IMG/VR virus record: IMGVR_UViG_3300025096_001538 | Coordinates: 1 to 58,581 of that record | Length of the DNA stretch: 58,581 nucleotides | Source: a virus | Lineage: Duplodnaviria > Caudoviricetes | Strand: one strand, 5' to 3' | Shown: positions 28,676-38,139 of the stretch, one piece after another | How positions within the stretch are numbered: the stretch's first letter is position 1 | Layout of the letters: each line of letters opens with the position of its first letter | Program-made: the position numbers and the translations under genes | The notes under the pieces: generated by a model | Databases searched by the model: none | Seen by the model: only the letters and a program-made list of their open reading frames with translations | Told to the model about the DNA's origin: nothing

Positions 28676-30373
28676 CTACGAATTGAACTTACCCCAAGCA
28701 AGTATTTCATCATCACTCTCTAATGTATAACCAATAGAAGTTGTATCTACTTTAAGATGAAAAGTTGAAGCTGCTTGTTGTATAGTTAATGCATCATGTT
28801 CCATATATTGACCATTAATAAAAAATAGAAAATCGTGTTCAGTAGTTCCAGTCATCCCAGTTGGTGCCGATGCCGTTACTGCACTAAAACTTGCTGTACT
28901 ATTACCACTTATACCAGATGATATTTTTACATATTGTTTTCTTAAATATGCCTGTTCTCCTGCAGAACCTAAACCACTAACATATTGTTTTACTGCATAT
29001 TCAGTAACTAATGCATTTTGACTATTATCTGTTAATGAAGTATCATTTGATATTTCCGTTACATCATACCCATTCAACCCAAATGAACCTGTAGTATATA
29101 AACTACCACTAAATTGATGTGTATCATCTTGCGTATCACCAAATATAGTAGAACCACTTGAAAACATTATAGACGCAGATACAAGTTCAGTATGAAATTC
29201 TTGTGCGATTAAAGTTCCACTAATAGAAGCATTACCTGTAACTGATAGATTAGAGGTTGTAGTTAAAGAACCACTAACAACTACATCTCCAGTAATACCA
29301 CTATTATTAATATTAAGCGGAGCAGTCGTTCCAACCCTTAGAGAAGAAGTTACTGCATTGAACTGAACATTTGCTGCTGTACCAACTGGTTGTCCGATTG
29401 ATATTTCATGAGTTAATGGTGTAGAACCATCAAAAGATATACCATCATTTGTAACTGTTATACCAGTTCCCGAAGATAATGTCAAAGTATTGGATAAAAC
29501 AACATCTACTGAACCGCCCGTACCCATTGTTGACATTTGTTCATCCCCACCAAATGTACCAGCTAAAGTTTCAGAATCAACTGTGGTTTCTGCCCCAACA
29601 ATAACTTGTTTTGGTGTTAAATATTTTTGCATTGTATGGGGACCAGATAATTCGTTATATGCCTCGGGTATTAAATAACCATTCAAAGTAACACTAAACT
29701 CTGTCTTAACAATTCTTTCCCTATCTGAAACTTCTGTACTATCTGTAAAACTATCAATATTAGTTCTAAATCTCATTTTGTTCGGTTCACCCCAATAAGA
29801 ACCCGCAGACCAATTAATTCTTTCTACCAATTTATTCATTTGTTCAATATAAGAAGTCCAAACAATAAAATCATAACTTAACACCATATAATCTGGAACT
29901 GCTACATTATAGTATTCTTTCTGTGGTAATAATCCCTGTTGAACTGAAAATGCATCGTATCTATTAGCATCATTGTATTTTCTCTCAAACTGCCAATGAA
30001 GTTTTGGATCTTCTGGATCCATTTTATCTATTGGTATGGTCGTATCCTTTTCCATTCCAGTCCGTCTGAATGCTATAACGGGTAATATAACTTGTCTTTT
30101 TGAATCCCTCATAAAACCAGTTTTTCTTATTGCATACCACCTTTCTGGTGATGAGTACATTACAGGTACTTTTACGGTTTCACCATTTTCTAAAACTGTG
30201 GGCTTTATCACTTCAGTAAAATAAAACATTATAGCAGAGTCCAAGTCCATTAAACTGATAGATACATCTTTTACATCATCCGTATCTCGTCTAAGTTGAG
30301 TTGCTCTCTGTATAGGTGTTCTTTTTGATCTGGGAATGGGTTTTTGTCTACCCATTACTATATCTACTGCCAT
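28676..30373 (-). CDS. Tail terminator (T4 gp15-like) fused to fibre-like extension
   Basis: VKVPVMYSSPERW, ILPVIAFRRT, VPDYMVLSYDFIVWT, QMNKLVERI; follows gp13/gp14-like genes. Confidence 0.75.
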   Translation of the reverse strand: MAVDIVMGRQKPIPRSKRTPIQRATQLRRDTDDVKDVSISLMDLDSAIMFYFTEVIKPTVLENGETVKVPVMYSSPERWYAIRKTGFMRDSKRQVILPVIAFRRTGMEKDTTIPIDKMDPEDPKLHWQFERKYNDANRYDAFSVQQGLLPQKEYYNVAVPDYMVLSYDFIVWTSYIEQMNKLVERINWSAGSYWGEPNKMRFRTNIDSFTDSTEVSDRERIVKTEFSVTLNGYLIPEAYNELSGPHTMQKYLTPKQVIVGAETTVDSETLAGTFGGDEQMSTMGTGGSVDVVLSNTLTLSSGTGITVTNDGISFDGSTPLTHEISIGQPVGTAANVQFNAVTSSLRVGTTAPLNINNSGITGDVVVSGSLTTTSNLSVTGNASISGTLIAQEFHTELVSASIMFSSGSTIFGDTQDDTHQFSGSLYTTGSFGLNGYDVTEISNDTSLTDNSQNALVTEYAVKQYVSGLGSAGEQAYLRKQYVKISSGISGNSTASFSAVTASAPTGMTGTTEHDFLFFINGQYMEHDALTIQQAASTFHLKVDTTSIGYTLESDDEILAWGKFNS

Positions 30374-30858
30374 TAAATACTCCGTATTCGTTCAATGTTT
30401 AGATTAGAAAATCTAACTCTAAATGTTCCACAACTTACTGTCCAATTATTATCTTGTAACCCACCAACAAGTTGGTTCTCATTTATAGAACTGATTTCAA
30501 AATATGCCCAATTCCATTCAATAACATCACCTACTTCTGGAACTAATGATAAATCAATTAAAGTCTGTCTAAGTATATGAAAATCAGCATTTTGTTGTTC
30601 ATCTGCACTAAATTCATCGGTATTCCAATCAAAATCTGCAGCATCTACTAAACAAGCAAATTTAACACCATCTTTCCATTTTTTTCCACCAGTTGCTTCT
30701 CCATACAAATTGGTCATAGTGTCGTGTGCTGATACTTTATAAAGAACTACTTGTTGGTTGATTATTCCGTCTTTTCCTAACCGAAGATCACCAATTAGCT
30801 CTTTATTTACCCGTTCAAAAACATTTAAGTCTCTTTGTGGTAAAAATCTTCCTGCCAT
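30373..30858 (-). CDS. Neck / head completion protein (gp14-like)
   Basis: NLYGEA, VPEVGDVIEW, YFEI; position after gp13-like gene. Confidence 0.65.
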   Translation of the reverse strand: MAGRFLPQRDLNVFERVNKELIGDLRLGKDGIINQQVVLYKVSAHDTMTNLYGEATGGKKWKDGVKFACLVDAADFDWNTDEFSADEQQNADFHILRQTLIDLSLVPEVGDVIEWNWAYFEISSINENQLVGGLQDNNWTVSCGTFRVRFSNLNIERIRSI

Positions 30859-30862
30859 AATA

Positions 30863-32020
30863 TTATCCTATGTAAATTGGTAAAGGAACTTTTTGTAATT
30901 TTTCTTGCAGTCGTGTTGATTCTTCACTATCTGCCTCTAACATCATTTTTCGACTTGCCGCCTCAAGGTTTTCTCTTAATTGTGTTACGAGAAACTCTTT
31001 TTCACTTTGTGCTTCAGTTCTTAATGTATCACCATCAAGAGTTGTTTCTGCATTTGGAACTGGTATAGTACCATACTTACTCCTAACCATTCCAAGTAAT
31101 TCTTTAGTTAATGCAAGTCCATATTTTCTAATCCATTGTTTTCCTACATCATTTATAAACTGATATTGCATATTATCATAAGGAACATTTGAGAAATCAG
31201 AAACTGTGTTGGATGTTTCTCCATATGCAGTCTGTGTAGGATCATCCCTATCCGATTTTAAGATATATTCAAACCATAATTTATAATTTGTGGTCGGATT
31301 TGGAAATATTCTTAATTTATTATTTTTCAATTCAAAAGTATGTGCTGATTTTCTAAATTGGTCATTAAATTCAATTGCTTGCATTCTCAAAAGGTCTGCG
31401 TATATCGGCATCATCATAAATTGAACGGCTGGTGTCATATTACCCCAACCAAAACCATCTAACATATTGTAAGAACCAGCTCCTGTTCCTGCATACGGGT
31501 CAAAATATCGTTGAACTGCTGGACTTGCTTCATAAAATACTTTCCTAACCTCTATTGCTGAACCACTATGATTTGCATCTGATATCAATGTATTTAAATT
31601 ATATACTTGTGAACCACTAACAATATCAATAGAACCACTATAATGTTCTATAGTTCCACCCACTCCTGCCTCTGTGCCATATTGTTCCGAAACTCTAATT
31701 GCATCTGCAAAATTAGGTGTAACTCGTTTATGAGTAACATTTGAACCAGTTGCCTGTCCTCGTAAAGATAATAGATTCTCTCTGATATTAAATTGATTTA
31801 CTTGTGCTGAATATTCTGTAATTGCCTCTTCAAAACAGGCATAAAATTGTATGTCTTGTAGTTCAATTGCCATAATTGGATAGCCCAATCTCTGAGCACA
31901 CCATTTTGCAAATTTAGGTCCGTCCCCTTGAAATGACGAATCTGAATCATATAATCCAAATGGTGTCGAACCACTATCTGGATGAATTCCTGAACCACTA
32001 CCTGGCCATATAGCTTCCAT
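30863..32020 (-). CDS. Neck protein (T4 gp13-like)
   Basis: RLGYPIMAIEL, CFEEAITEY, WIRKYGLALTKELLGMVRSKY, TLDGDTL, E..EKE.L..QL, PIYIG. Confidence 0.85.
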   Translation of the reverse strand: MEAIWPGSGSGIHPDSGSTPFGLYDSDSSFQGDGPKFAKWCAQRLGYPIMAIELQDIQFYACFEEAITEYSAQVNQFNIRENLLSLRGQATGSNVTHKRVTPNFADAIRVSEQYGTEAGVGGTIEHYSGSIDIVSGSQVYNLNTLISDANHSGSAIEVRKVFYEASPAVQRYFDPYAGTGAGSYNMLDGFGWGNMTPAVQFMMMPIYADLLRMQAIEFNDQFRKSAHTFELKNNKLRIFPNPTTNYKLWFEYILKSDRDDPTQTAYGETSNTVSDFSNVPYDNMQYQFINDVGKQWIRKYGLALTKELLGMVRSKYGTIPVPNAETTLDGDTLRTEAQSEKEFLVTQLRENLEAASRKMMLEADSEESTRLQEKLQKVPLPIYIG

Positions 32021-32055
32021 ATTATAATCTCCTAAAAAAGATATTATTTGTCAAC

Positions 32056-32065
32056 TATAAATATA
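32056..32065 (-). promoter_or_regulatory. Recurrent motif upstream of neck genes
   Basis: Plus strand TATAAATATA, directly after a terminator. Confidence 0.6.
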
Positions 32066-32073
32066 ACGGCAAT

Positions 32074-32101
32074 AAAAAAGGGAACTCAAATTGAATTCCC
32101 T
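32074..32101 (-). terminator. Intrinsic terminator
   Basis: Minus strand GGGAATTCA-att-TGAGTTCCC followed by TTTTTT. Confidence 0.8.
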
Positions 32102-32131
32102 CATTTAATAAATAATATCTACTATAGTATA

Positions 32132-32521
32132 TTAACTTGCGGACGCTGAAGGTAGTGTTCCAACCGCACCTGCTTCCCATGCTGTTGCGTAATGTACTCC
32201 GTGTGATTGATTTGAGGAAAATTTCTTTGATTCTTCATCCCACATTAATTCACATGAACCAGACATATCTATACCAGAGGCTGACATAGAACCTGCCCAT
32301 GCATTAACTTCTGCCTGTGTTGGGAAACGTAAGTTTCCACTATCATCTTTTGTTGTAAAATAGTAAGTAATTGTCTTGGCTATCGGATGTGTTTCAGCAC
32401 CATTCCCTTCAACATCTTGTCCATGCAATACAGGATGATTTGAACCTGTATCAAAACTCCAAGAAACTTTGTTCCATGTTGATTGTGATATTGCTGGTGG
32501 TTTTGTGTATGACACTGCCAT
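32132..32521 (-). CDS. Hypothetical protein, possible capsid decoration
   Basis: Stands alone after the major capsid gene with GGAG, two upstream motifs (32542, 32574) and its own terminator. Confidence 0.6.
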   Translation of the reverse strand: MAVSYTKPPAISQSTWNKVSWSFDTGSNHPVLHGQDVEGNGAETHPIAKTITYYFTTKDDSGNLRFPTQAEVNAWAGSMSASGIDMSGSCELMWDEESKKFSSNQSHGVHYATAWEAGAVGTLPSASAS

Positions 32522-32590
32522 TTTTCTTCTCCGTTATTAACTATAAATATTATAATTTGTAAAAACTGTCATATATAAATATCAAATGCA

Positions 32591-32623
32591 CAAAAAAAGG
32601 GGATTTTTCAACCCCCTTTTTTG
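32591..32623 (-). terminator. Intrinsic terminator after major capsid gene
   Basis: CAAAAAAAGGGG...CCCCTTTTTTG inverted repeat with T-tracts. Confidence 0.85.
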
Positions 32624-32646
32624 TTAGATCTGTGATTTAACTACGA

Positions 32647-34293
32647 TTAAACGTAATTAATATCAGCTACGATTACCTTACCATAGAATTCAGGTCTTAC
32701 CATCTTCTTCGCGTATCGTGTCATTACACCCTTACGAGGAGTGAAATTAACAGGATCGTAAACAAGTGGAGTCATGATTAATGGTACATACGGTGCGTAT
32801 ACAGCTCCAGTTTCAAGGAAATTAGATCCTCTGAAACCAAGTAGGATGTCATTTTCTAACATATAAGGGTTTTTATAAACCGTAAATCTGTTATTCAATG
32901 CACCAACTTTCTGTACACCCATTGCATATGATGTATTGCTCGAATCACCATCTGAATCAGAAGCATATCCAGGAATACTTTCGATAACGGTTGCTGTTTC
33001 AGGTGAAACCACCATGAAATTAGCACCACCACGAAGAGTTTTCTGATGGATTGTGTTACTTACTGCTTGCAGTTTGTTTCCAAGAGTCTGGAACCACTCA
33101 CCTTTCGTGTAAGCGTTAGAGTTACCAGAAACTTCAGTAAATACTGAAGAAGCTGAATCATACTCAAATCCAGTCTTAGCTGACCAATACTCAGTCTTAG
33201 CGTCTGCGTTCTGTTTCAACATATCAAGGATTTCCAAATCAATTTCCATTGAAATGTACTCACTCAACATAGAAGTAAGTTCTGCTTCTGCATCAACTGA
33301 ATGATAAGCGTTAAGGTCTTGAGCTAACTCAGGAGTCCAGATAGCTTTAAGTTTACGAGTTTTCGCAACTATACTAACTGAACGAAGAGCTATATCAATC
33401 TCAGGAATATCAACATCGTCTGCTGAATTAGGTGAAGGAGTAGTAAAAGTACTCTGTTCAAAATCACCTCGTGATGTATCACCAGGTTGTTTATGAAATT
33501 TCACCCAAGACATCTTACCATTAGCACCACTTGAACCTGCACCTCTTACATAAAAATATATGTAAGTGGAATCAGTTGTAGTGTATGCTGGATAAGTTGC
33601 TGTAATGTTTGAACCACTAATTGCGAATGCCCTTGCACCTTCCCAATCTACATTAGACCCAGAGTTTAACTGAGTTTTTGCAATTCTCATCTTAAAGATT
33701 CGATTTGCTAATGTACCTGCGACTGCTACTGACGAACTCAATGAAGGTTCGAACTCAACATCTGCCCATGAAGCAGAAGTTCTTGTGATGGATCCAGATG
33801 GGATACCAGGAGATGTTTGGTCATTAATCGAATATCCAAACCTACCTGCACCATATAGACCACCAGCTGCATCTGCGTTAGATGCGGATGTGTTACCGTG
33901 TATATACGATCCCTTAGAGTGTTGAGCAGTTTGAGTTGTACCGTATTTAAAGTCAAGATAGAAAATCAGACCACTTGGTAGGTTCATAGGTTGAACACTA
34001 ACAAAGTCTTGTGCTGCTAACTCACCAAAGATTCTACGAACCAAAGGAAGTGCTACACCTGACCATTCTTCTGAATTCGAAGCTGTACCAGTTTTAGATG
34101 ATTCATCTATTAACTGACGAGCTTGGTTTTCAAGAAGAACTGCCATTCCATGTTGCTTATTTGTATCTTCAAGACCTTCAAGTAATCCAGTGGGCTCCCA
34201 CTTATTGACTAGCTTTTGGGTTTCTGCTAAACGACTGCGTTCGGAATCATAGCTATCCATCAGTTTTTCGATGGACTGTAAATTGTCTGCCAT
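32647..34293 (-). CDS. Major capsid protein (T4 gp23-like)
   Basis: LLENQ, LPLVRR, VSVQPMNLPSGLIFYL, AKTRKLKAIWTPELAQDLNAYH, DAEAEL, EIDLEIL, YAPYVPL, FTPRKGVMTRYA. Confidence 0.97.
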   Translation of the reverse strand: MADNLQSIEKLMDSYDSERSRLAETQKLVNKWEPTGLLEGLEDTNKQHGMAVLLENQARQLIDESSKTGTASNSEEWSGVALPLVRRIFGELAAQDFVSVQPMNLPSGLIFYLDFKYGTTQTAQHSKGSYIHGNTSASNADAAGGLYGAGRFGYSINDQTSPGIPSGSITRTSASWADVEFEPSLSSSVAVAGTLANRIFKMRIAKTQLNSGSNVDWEGARAFAISGSNITATYPAYTTTDSTYIYFYVRGAGSSGANGKMSWVKFHKQPGDTSRGDFEQSTFTTPSPNSADDVDIPEIDIALRSVSIVAKTRKLKAIWTPELAQDLNAYHSVDAEAELTSMLSEYISMEIDLEILDMLKQNADAKTEYWSAKTGFEYDSASSVFTEVSGNSNAYTKGEWFQTLGNKLQAVSNTIHQKTLRGGANFMVVSPETATVIESIPGYASDSDGDSSNTSYAMGVQKVGALNNRFTVYKNPYMLENDILLGFRGSNFLETGAVYAPYVPLIMTPLVYDPVNFTPRKGVMTRYAKKMVRPEFYGKVIVADINYV

Positions 34294-34329
34294 TTTTTTT
34301 CTCCAAAAAAATATCGTTATTAATTACTA

Positions 34330-35691
34330 TTATAGAATATTAGCTAACTTCTGGAAGCGATTCTTCATATCAAATCCTTCTTCAATCACTTTTGGTGTTG
34401 ATTTAGGTTTGGTAGAAGCAGTTGCTTTAGAGGCGGTGCCTTTACTCTCTTTAATTGGTTTTGGCGTACTTGCGTTTGCCGTTTTGCTACCAAAAGATTC
34501 TGCCAAGGTGGCGAATACCAACTTAACTTCTCTTAGGTTTGCTGCTCTATCGAAGGTTTCTACTACTTTCAACTTTTGTTCATTAGTTAAACCGTGTGCA
34601 CGGAATAATTTGTTAGTGAACAATAGTTTTGCGTTAAGTAGATTTACTTCATTCAACTTAGAACGAAGATACTTCACTACCTTACGATGCTCATCAAGTT
34701 CTGATGTAAGTTTAGATACTTGCTCTTCAGCTTTCTCACCATCTTCATCATCACCCTCTGAAAGTGCTTTCAAGATTTCTTCAAGGTCAATGTCATCTTC
34801 CTCGTTGACTTCTAAGTCACCATTACGGGCTTCAAAATCATCTTGTTCTTTGACTTTGGCGTATTGAACACCATTGACTTCAACTAAATCATCCACTTCC
34901 TCATCTTCTGAGTTTTCGTGACCTGCTGCTGGTGCGTCTGCGGCTGCTGGTTCTTCCGAACCTTGACCGATATCAGACGAATCTGCTGCGTCGTCAGCGA
35001 CTTTATTATCGGCATCACCGATATCAGAAGATACATCATTTTCTGCTAAATCTGCTTGGTCTGCAGTTTCTGCTTCATCAGAAGAAAGACCATCACCGAC
35101 TTCACCTTCCTCATATTCCTCGTTGACATCAGCATCATCTGCTTCATCTTCAAGTTCTTTAAGGATAGATTCTAAGTCGAGTTCATCTTCATCTTCACCT
35201 TCCTGTTCTTCAACAGGAGCTTCAACTTCTTCTTCTTCTTCAGATACTACAGGAGCATATTTAACACCATTAATTTCAATCACACCTTCTTCAGGTATTG
35301 CTGGTTCTTCTGCCCATTCTTCATCTTCATCTGCTACTGCAGGTTCTTCAAAAGGAACTTCTTCGCCAGGAACTTCGTCTTGTGCGACGATAGGTTCTTC
35401 AACGGGAACTTCTTCACCAGGAACTTCATCCTGTGCGACAATAGGTTCTTCACCAACTTCAGGCTCAACTGCTATTTCAGGTTCTTCTTCAGCTTCTGGT
35501 TCTTCCTGTTCTACAGGAACTTCTTCACCAGGAACTTCTTCTTCACCTTCCATTTCAGATTGAATCTTCTGTGAAAGCATGGATTGAATACGGGGAGTGA
35601 AAGCTTCTTCAAGAGCTATTTTAGCGTTTGCAAGTGCCGTTTCTCGGACAGCTTTAGCGTCTGCTATTGCGTCTTTTAAAAGATCATCCAT
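34330..35691 (-). CDS. Prohead scaffold/core protein, very acidic
   Basis: Directly upstream of capsid gene; Glu/Asp-rich with EEVPGEEVP repeats; LNEVNLLNAKLLF and RFQKLANI ends; ATG 35691 has GGAG. Confidence 0.8.
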   Translation of the reverse strand: MDDLLKDAIADAKAVRETALANAKIALEEAFTPRIQSMLSQKIQSEMEGEEEVPGEEVPVEQEEPEAEEEPEIAVEPEVGEEPIVAQDEVPGEEVPVEEPIVAQDEVPGEEVPFEEPAVADEDEEWAEEPAIPEEGVIEINGVKYAPVVSEEEEEVEAPVEEQEGEDEDELDLESILKELEDEADDADVNEEYEEGEVGDGLSSDEAETADQADLAENDVSSDIGDADNKVADDAADSSDIGQGSEEPAAADAPAAGHENSEDEEVDDLVEVNGVQYAKVKEQDDFEARNGDLEVNEEDDIDLEEILKALSEGDDEDGEKAEEQVSKLTSELDEHRKVVKYLRSKLNEVNLLNAKLLFTNKLFRAHGLTNEQKLKVVETFDRAANLREVKLVFATLAESFGSKTANASTPKPIKESKGTASKATASTKPKSTPKVIEEGFDMKNRFQKLANIL

Positions 35692-35813
35692 TATGTTTCT
35701 CCATAAGAGTTTGTTTCCAAGCATAAAATACTTGGATGGAATTAATAAAGTTATTAGGAACTTTAATGCGGTTTACATTATCGGTATGTCATATACGATT
35801 GAATGACATATTC

Positions 35814-35835
35814 TTGTGTATATAAATATACACAA
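35814..35835 (-). promoter_or_regulatory. Recurrent motif embedded in a perfect 9-bp inverted repeat upstream of scaffold/capsid
   Basis: TTGTGTATA-taaa-TATACACAA, containing TATAAATATA at 35821-35830. Confidence 0.65.
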
Positions 35836-35848
35836 ATTAAAAAAACTG

Positions 35849-36112
35849 TTATTTTTTGTAATTTAGGCGTTGCCTTTTAAGTTTTTCTTTAAGTCCTGAT
35901 GTTGGTGGTTCTCCACACCAATCTGGATTATTCTCGTGTTGTCTAATCCAATTACGAACCTTTCCCAACTTTTTTTGTTCAGATCTTTTTGCTGATGGTT
36001 TTTTATAGTATTGTCGTTCTCTCAACTCTACCATTAAACCACTATCTTTAATTTTTCTTTTTAATAACCGTAGAGCGAACTCTATATTATTATTTTTTAC
36101 TTTTATTTCCAA
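35849..36112 (-). CDS. rpsU: Phage-encoded 30S ribosomal protein bS21
   Basis: IKVKNNNIEFALRLLKRKIKDSGLMVELRERQYYKKPSAKR is a bS21 signature; TTG start after GGAGGT. Confidence 0.92.
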   Translation of the reverse strand: MEIKVKNNNIEFALRLLKRKIKDSGLMVELRERQYYKKPSAKRSEQKKLGKVRNWIRQHENNPDWCGEPPTSGLKEKLKRQRLNYKK

Positions 36113-36126
36113 GTAACCTCCGCTTC

Positions 36127-36810
36127 TTAATCGGTTTCGTTTTCACCACTCCAATTTGCATCAACATAATTAAAGAATTTTGATTTTTCTTCATCATCAA
36201 GTTGATCTGGTTCAGATACACCCCATTTTTCGAGTGCAGATTTGAAAAAATCTTCATATGAACCTTCTTGAACTGTGTCTGCTTCTAATTCATCACCATC
36301 TCTGTATGATTTACCTTCTGCTGTATCAACTGGAGTTGATTCATTTATTTCATAATATCTACCAAGAATGTGTCCCATATCTTCATATAGTCCACTCATT
36401 CTTTCTTGTAATGATTGAGCTTCTGTAGCAACTTTCTTAAATTGATTAGAAAGACCTGTTAATTCTTTCATATTACGATTTACCGTGATTTTATCAAACC
36501 AATCTTCGGTTTCTTGTAAGGTATGTTGTTTTGCAGTTTCTGCTAAACGAGAAAGTCTTTCTGCTAATTGTCTTAAATTACCTTCACGATAAATTTCATT
36601 TCCAAATGCATTGAAATTACCAACTTCACCCATAAACTCTTTTACATTTACTTTTTGAGTAGATTGTCCATAGACATCTTCTACTATATCAGTAAGTTTT
36701 GTTGATTTTTTTTGGGTTTTAAATCCCATATCAATATTTGAGAATGCATTGCGTGAAACCATTCCACCTAACATTGCATGTTCTTTAATTAAATCTTTTA
36801 GTTTAGCCAT
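36127..36810 (-). CDS. Leader-bearing head-region protein (MAKLKDLIKE)
   Basis: Shared leader; helical DWFDKITVNRNMKEL...LYEDMGHILGRYYEI core; C-terminal YEDFFKSALEKWGV...KSKFFNYVDANW module; motif at 36830-36839 upstream. Confidence 0.75.
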   Translation of the reverse strand: MAKLKDLIKEHAMLGGMVSRNAFSNIDMGFKTQKKSTKLTDIVEDVYGQSTQKVNVKEFMGEVGNFNAFGNEIYREGNLRQLAERLSRLAETAKQHTLQETEDWFDKITVNRNMKELTGLSNQFKKVATEAQSLQERMSGLYEDMGHILGRYYEINESTPVDTAEGKSYRDGDELEADTVQEGSYEDFFKSALEKWGVSEPDQLDDEEKSKFFNYVDANWSGENETD

Positions 36811-36838
36811 TATATGTCTCCTAATCAAATATAAATAT

Positions 36839-38137
36839 CTATTTTCTTAATTTTCGGTCTTTTGAATATCTTCTGAACCCATTACGAACTTTGTTCCACA
36901 ACATTTTCATAAAAGGTCTTTCACCTTCGTGTGTTCTATTCCAAGGTCCAGTTTCGATACCTCTCACGATATCCAAAGCATCATATCTATCACCCTTTAC
37001 ACCATTCATCATAATCTTAATGACTTGCTGTGATGCTTTACCTAAAATCTTTGACATCTTCTTGATGTCTGAGTCTAAATGTAATCTTGCTTCTTGTGAA
37101 CTCCATCCGGCTGGTAGTGCCCAAAAATCTTCATTTACTTCCCCTTCAGCAAAATATCCTATTTTTTCATATTCCCTTTTTACATTTGGTTTATCTATAA
37201 TAATCAATGATTTTCCAGATTTCTTATGTGTAACTTTTACTGTTTTACCTTTTTTAACTGTAAGGTTTTTCCAATCCCACCCATAATCACCTGATCTTTC
37301 CAACATATCTAAATCTGATTCATTTATTGATTCACCAAACTCTATTGTATGACCACCTTTTTCTATTTTACCATCTTTATGTAACTGTGCCATTTCTTCT
37401 TTAGAAAATTTAATATTATCTTCTTTTACTATAGATTCATTAAATCTTGGATTTTTCAATGTCGTTTGCATCCATTTCATCAAATCAGCTATGATGTCTA
37501 TATATTTTTCAATTTCTCTATCATCTTTTTTTCTAAGGGCCATGATGAATTGTTTTGCTGCCCTGGGTAAATTATGACCACGCTTTCCTAACTCTGAATA
37601 TCCTCTATCAGTTATTCCTTCTTTTACGGATTCTTTCTTATCAAGTTTAGCAATCTTCTTTCTATAGTCTCTCATTCCACCGATTAATTCATCACTATCA
37701 TCTTCATCATCGACTTGTATTGCTTTATATGTAGATTTTTTAAATGCCTTTGGTGTATCATATGGTGCAACTGCAGAAGTGGTTGTTGCTTCAAGTTTTT
37801 TACCAGTCATCTTTTGAGTATATTTGATAAGTTTGGTTATATTCTTTTTTATATCCTCACCACCTCTGTAACTATTATAAGAAAGAGCTATATGTGATGC
37901 TAATTCTTTATTACCACCAAATTTCGGTGTGAGATGTCTTATTACTTTACCCCAATTTGTAATCCGTGTATGGTCGTAATTCTTAAATTTTTTATCCAAA
38001 TCCTTATAGACTTGTATTATATTTTTAACTAATTTTGCCCTATTTTCTTTTAAAGATTCTTTCTTTTCCCAATCTTTAGCCATTTCAGGTTCGTTAGCGT
38101 GCATCCATTTTCTCTGTTTTTCAGATTTGAAGGGCAT
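36839..38137 (-). CDS. Modular hypothetical protein (putative polyprotein)
   Basis: Short modules separated by ESLKE, KLE, ESVKE, ESIVKE, ESINE, EGEVNE. Confidence 0.75.
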   Translation of the reverse strand: MPFKSEKQRKWMHANEPEMAKDWEKKESLKENRAKLVKNIIQVYKDLDKKFKNYDHTRITNWGKVIRHLTPKFGGNKELASHIALSYNSYRGGEDIKKNITKLIKYTQKMTGKKLEATTTSAVAPYDTPKAFKKSTYKAIQVDDEDDSDELIGGMRDYRKKIAKLDKKESVKEGITDRGYSELGKRGHNLPRAAKQFIMALRKKDDREIEKYIDIIADLMKWMQTTLKNPRFNESIVKEDNIKFSKEEMAQLHKDGKIEKGGHTIEFGESINESDLDMLERSGDYGWDWKNLTVKKGKTVKVTHKKSGKSLIIIDKPNVKREYEKIGYFAEGEVNEDFWALPAGWSSQEARLHLDSDIKKMSKILGKASQQVIKIMMNGVKGDRYDALDIVRGIETGPWNRTHEGERPFMKMLWNKVRNGFRRYSKDRKLRK

Positions 38138-38139
38138 TT

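Noticed and set aside
19407-33956. Short alternative-frame minus-strand ORFs (19407, 27628, 27940, 31798, 33738)
   Set aside because: Nested within long structural genes with no independent signals.
35330-35550. Repeats in the scaffold gene (EEVPGEEVP / EEPIVAQD)
   Set aside because: In-frame, imperfect low-complexity coding repeats, ordinary for an acidic scaffold.
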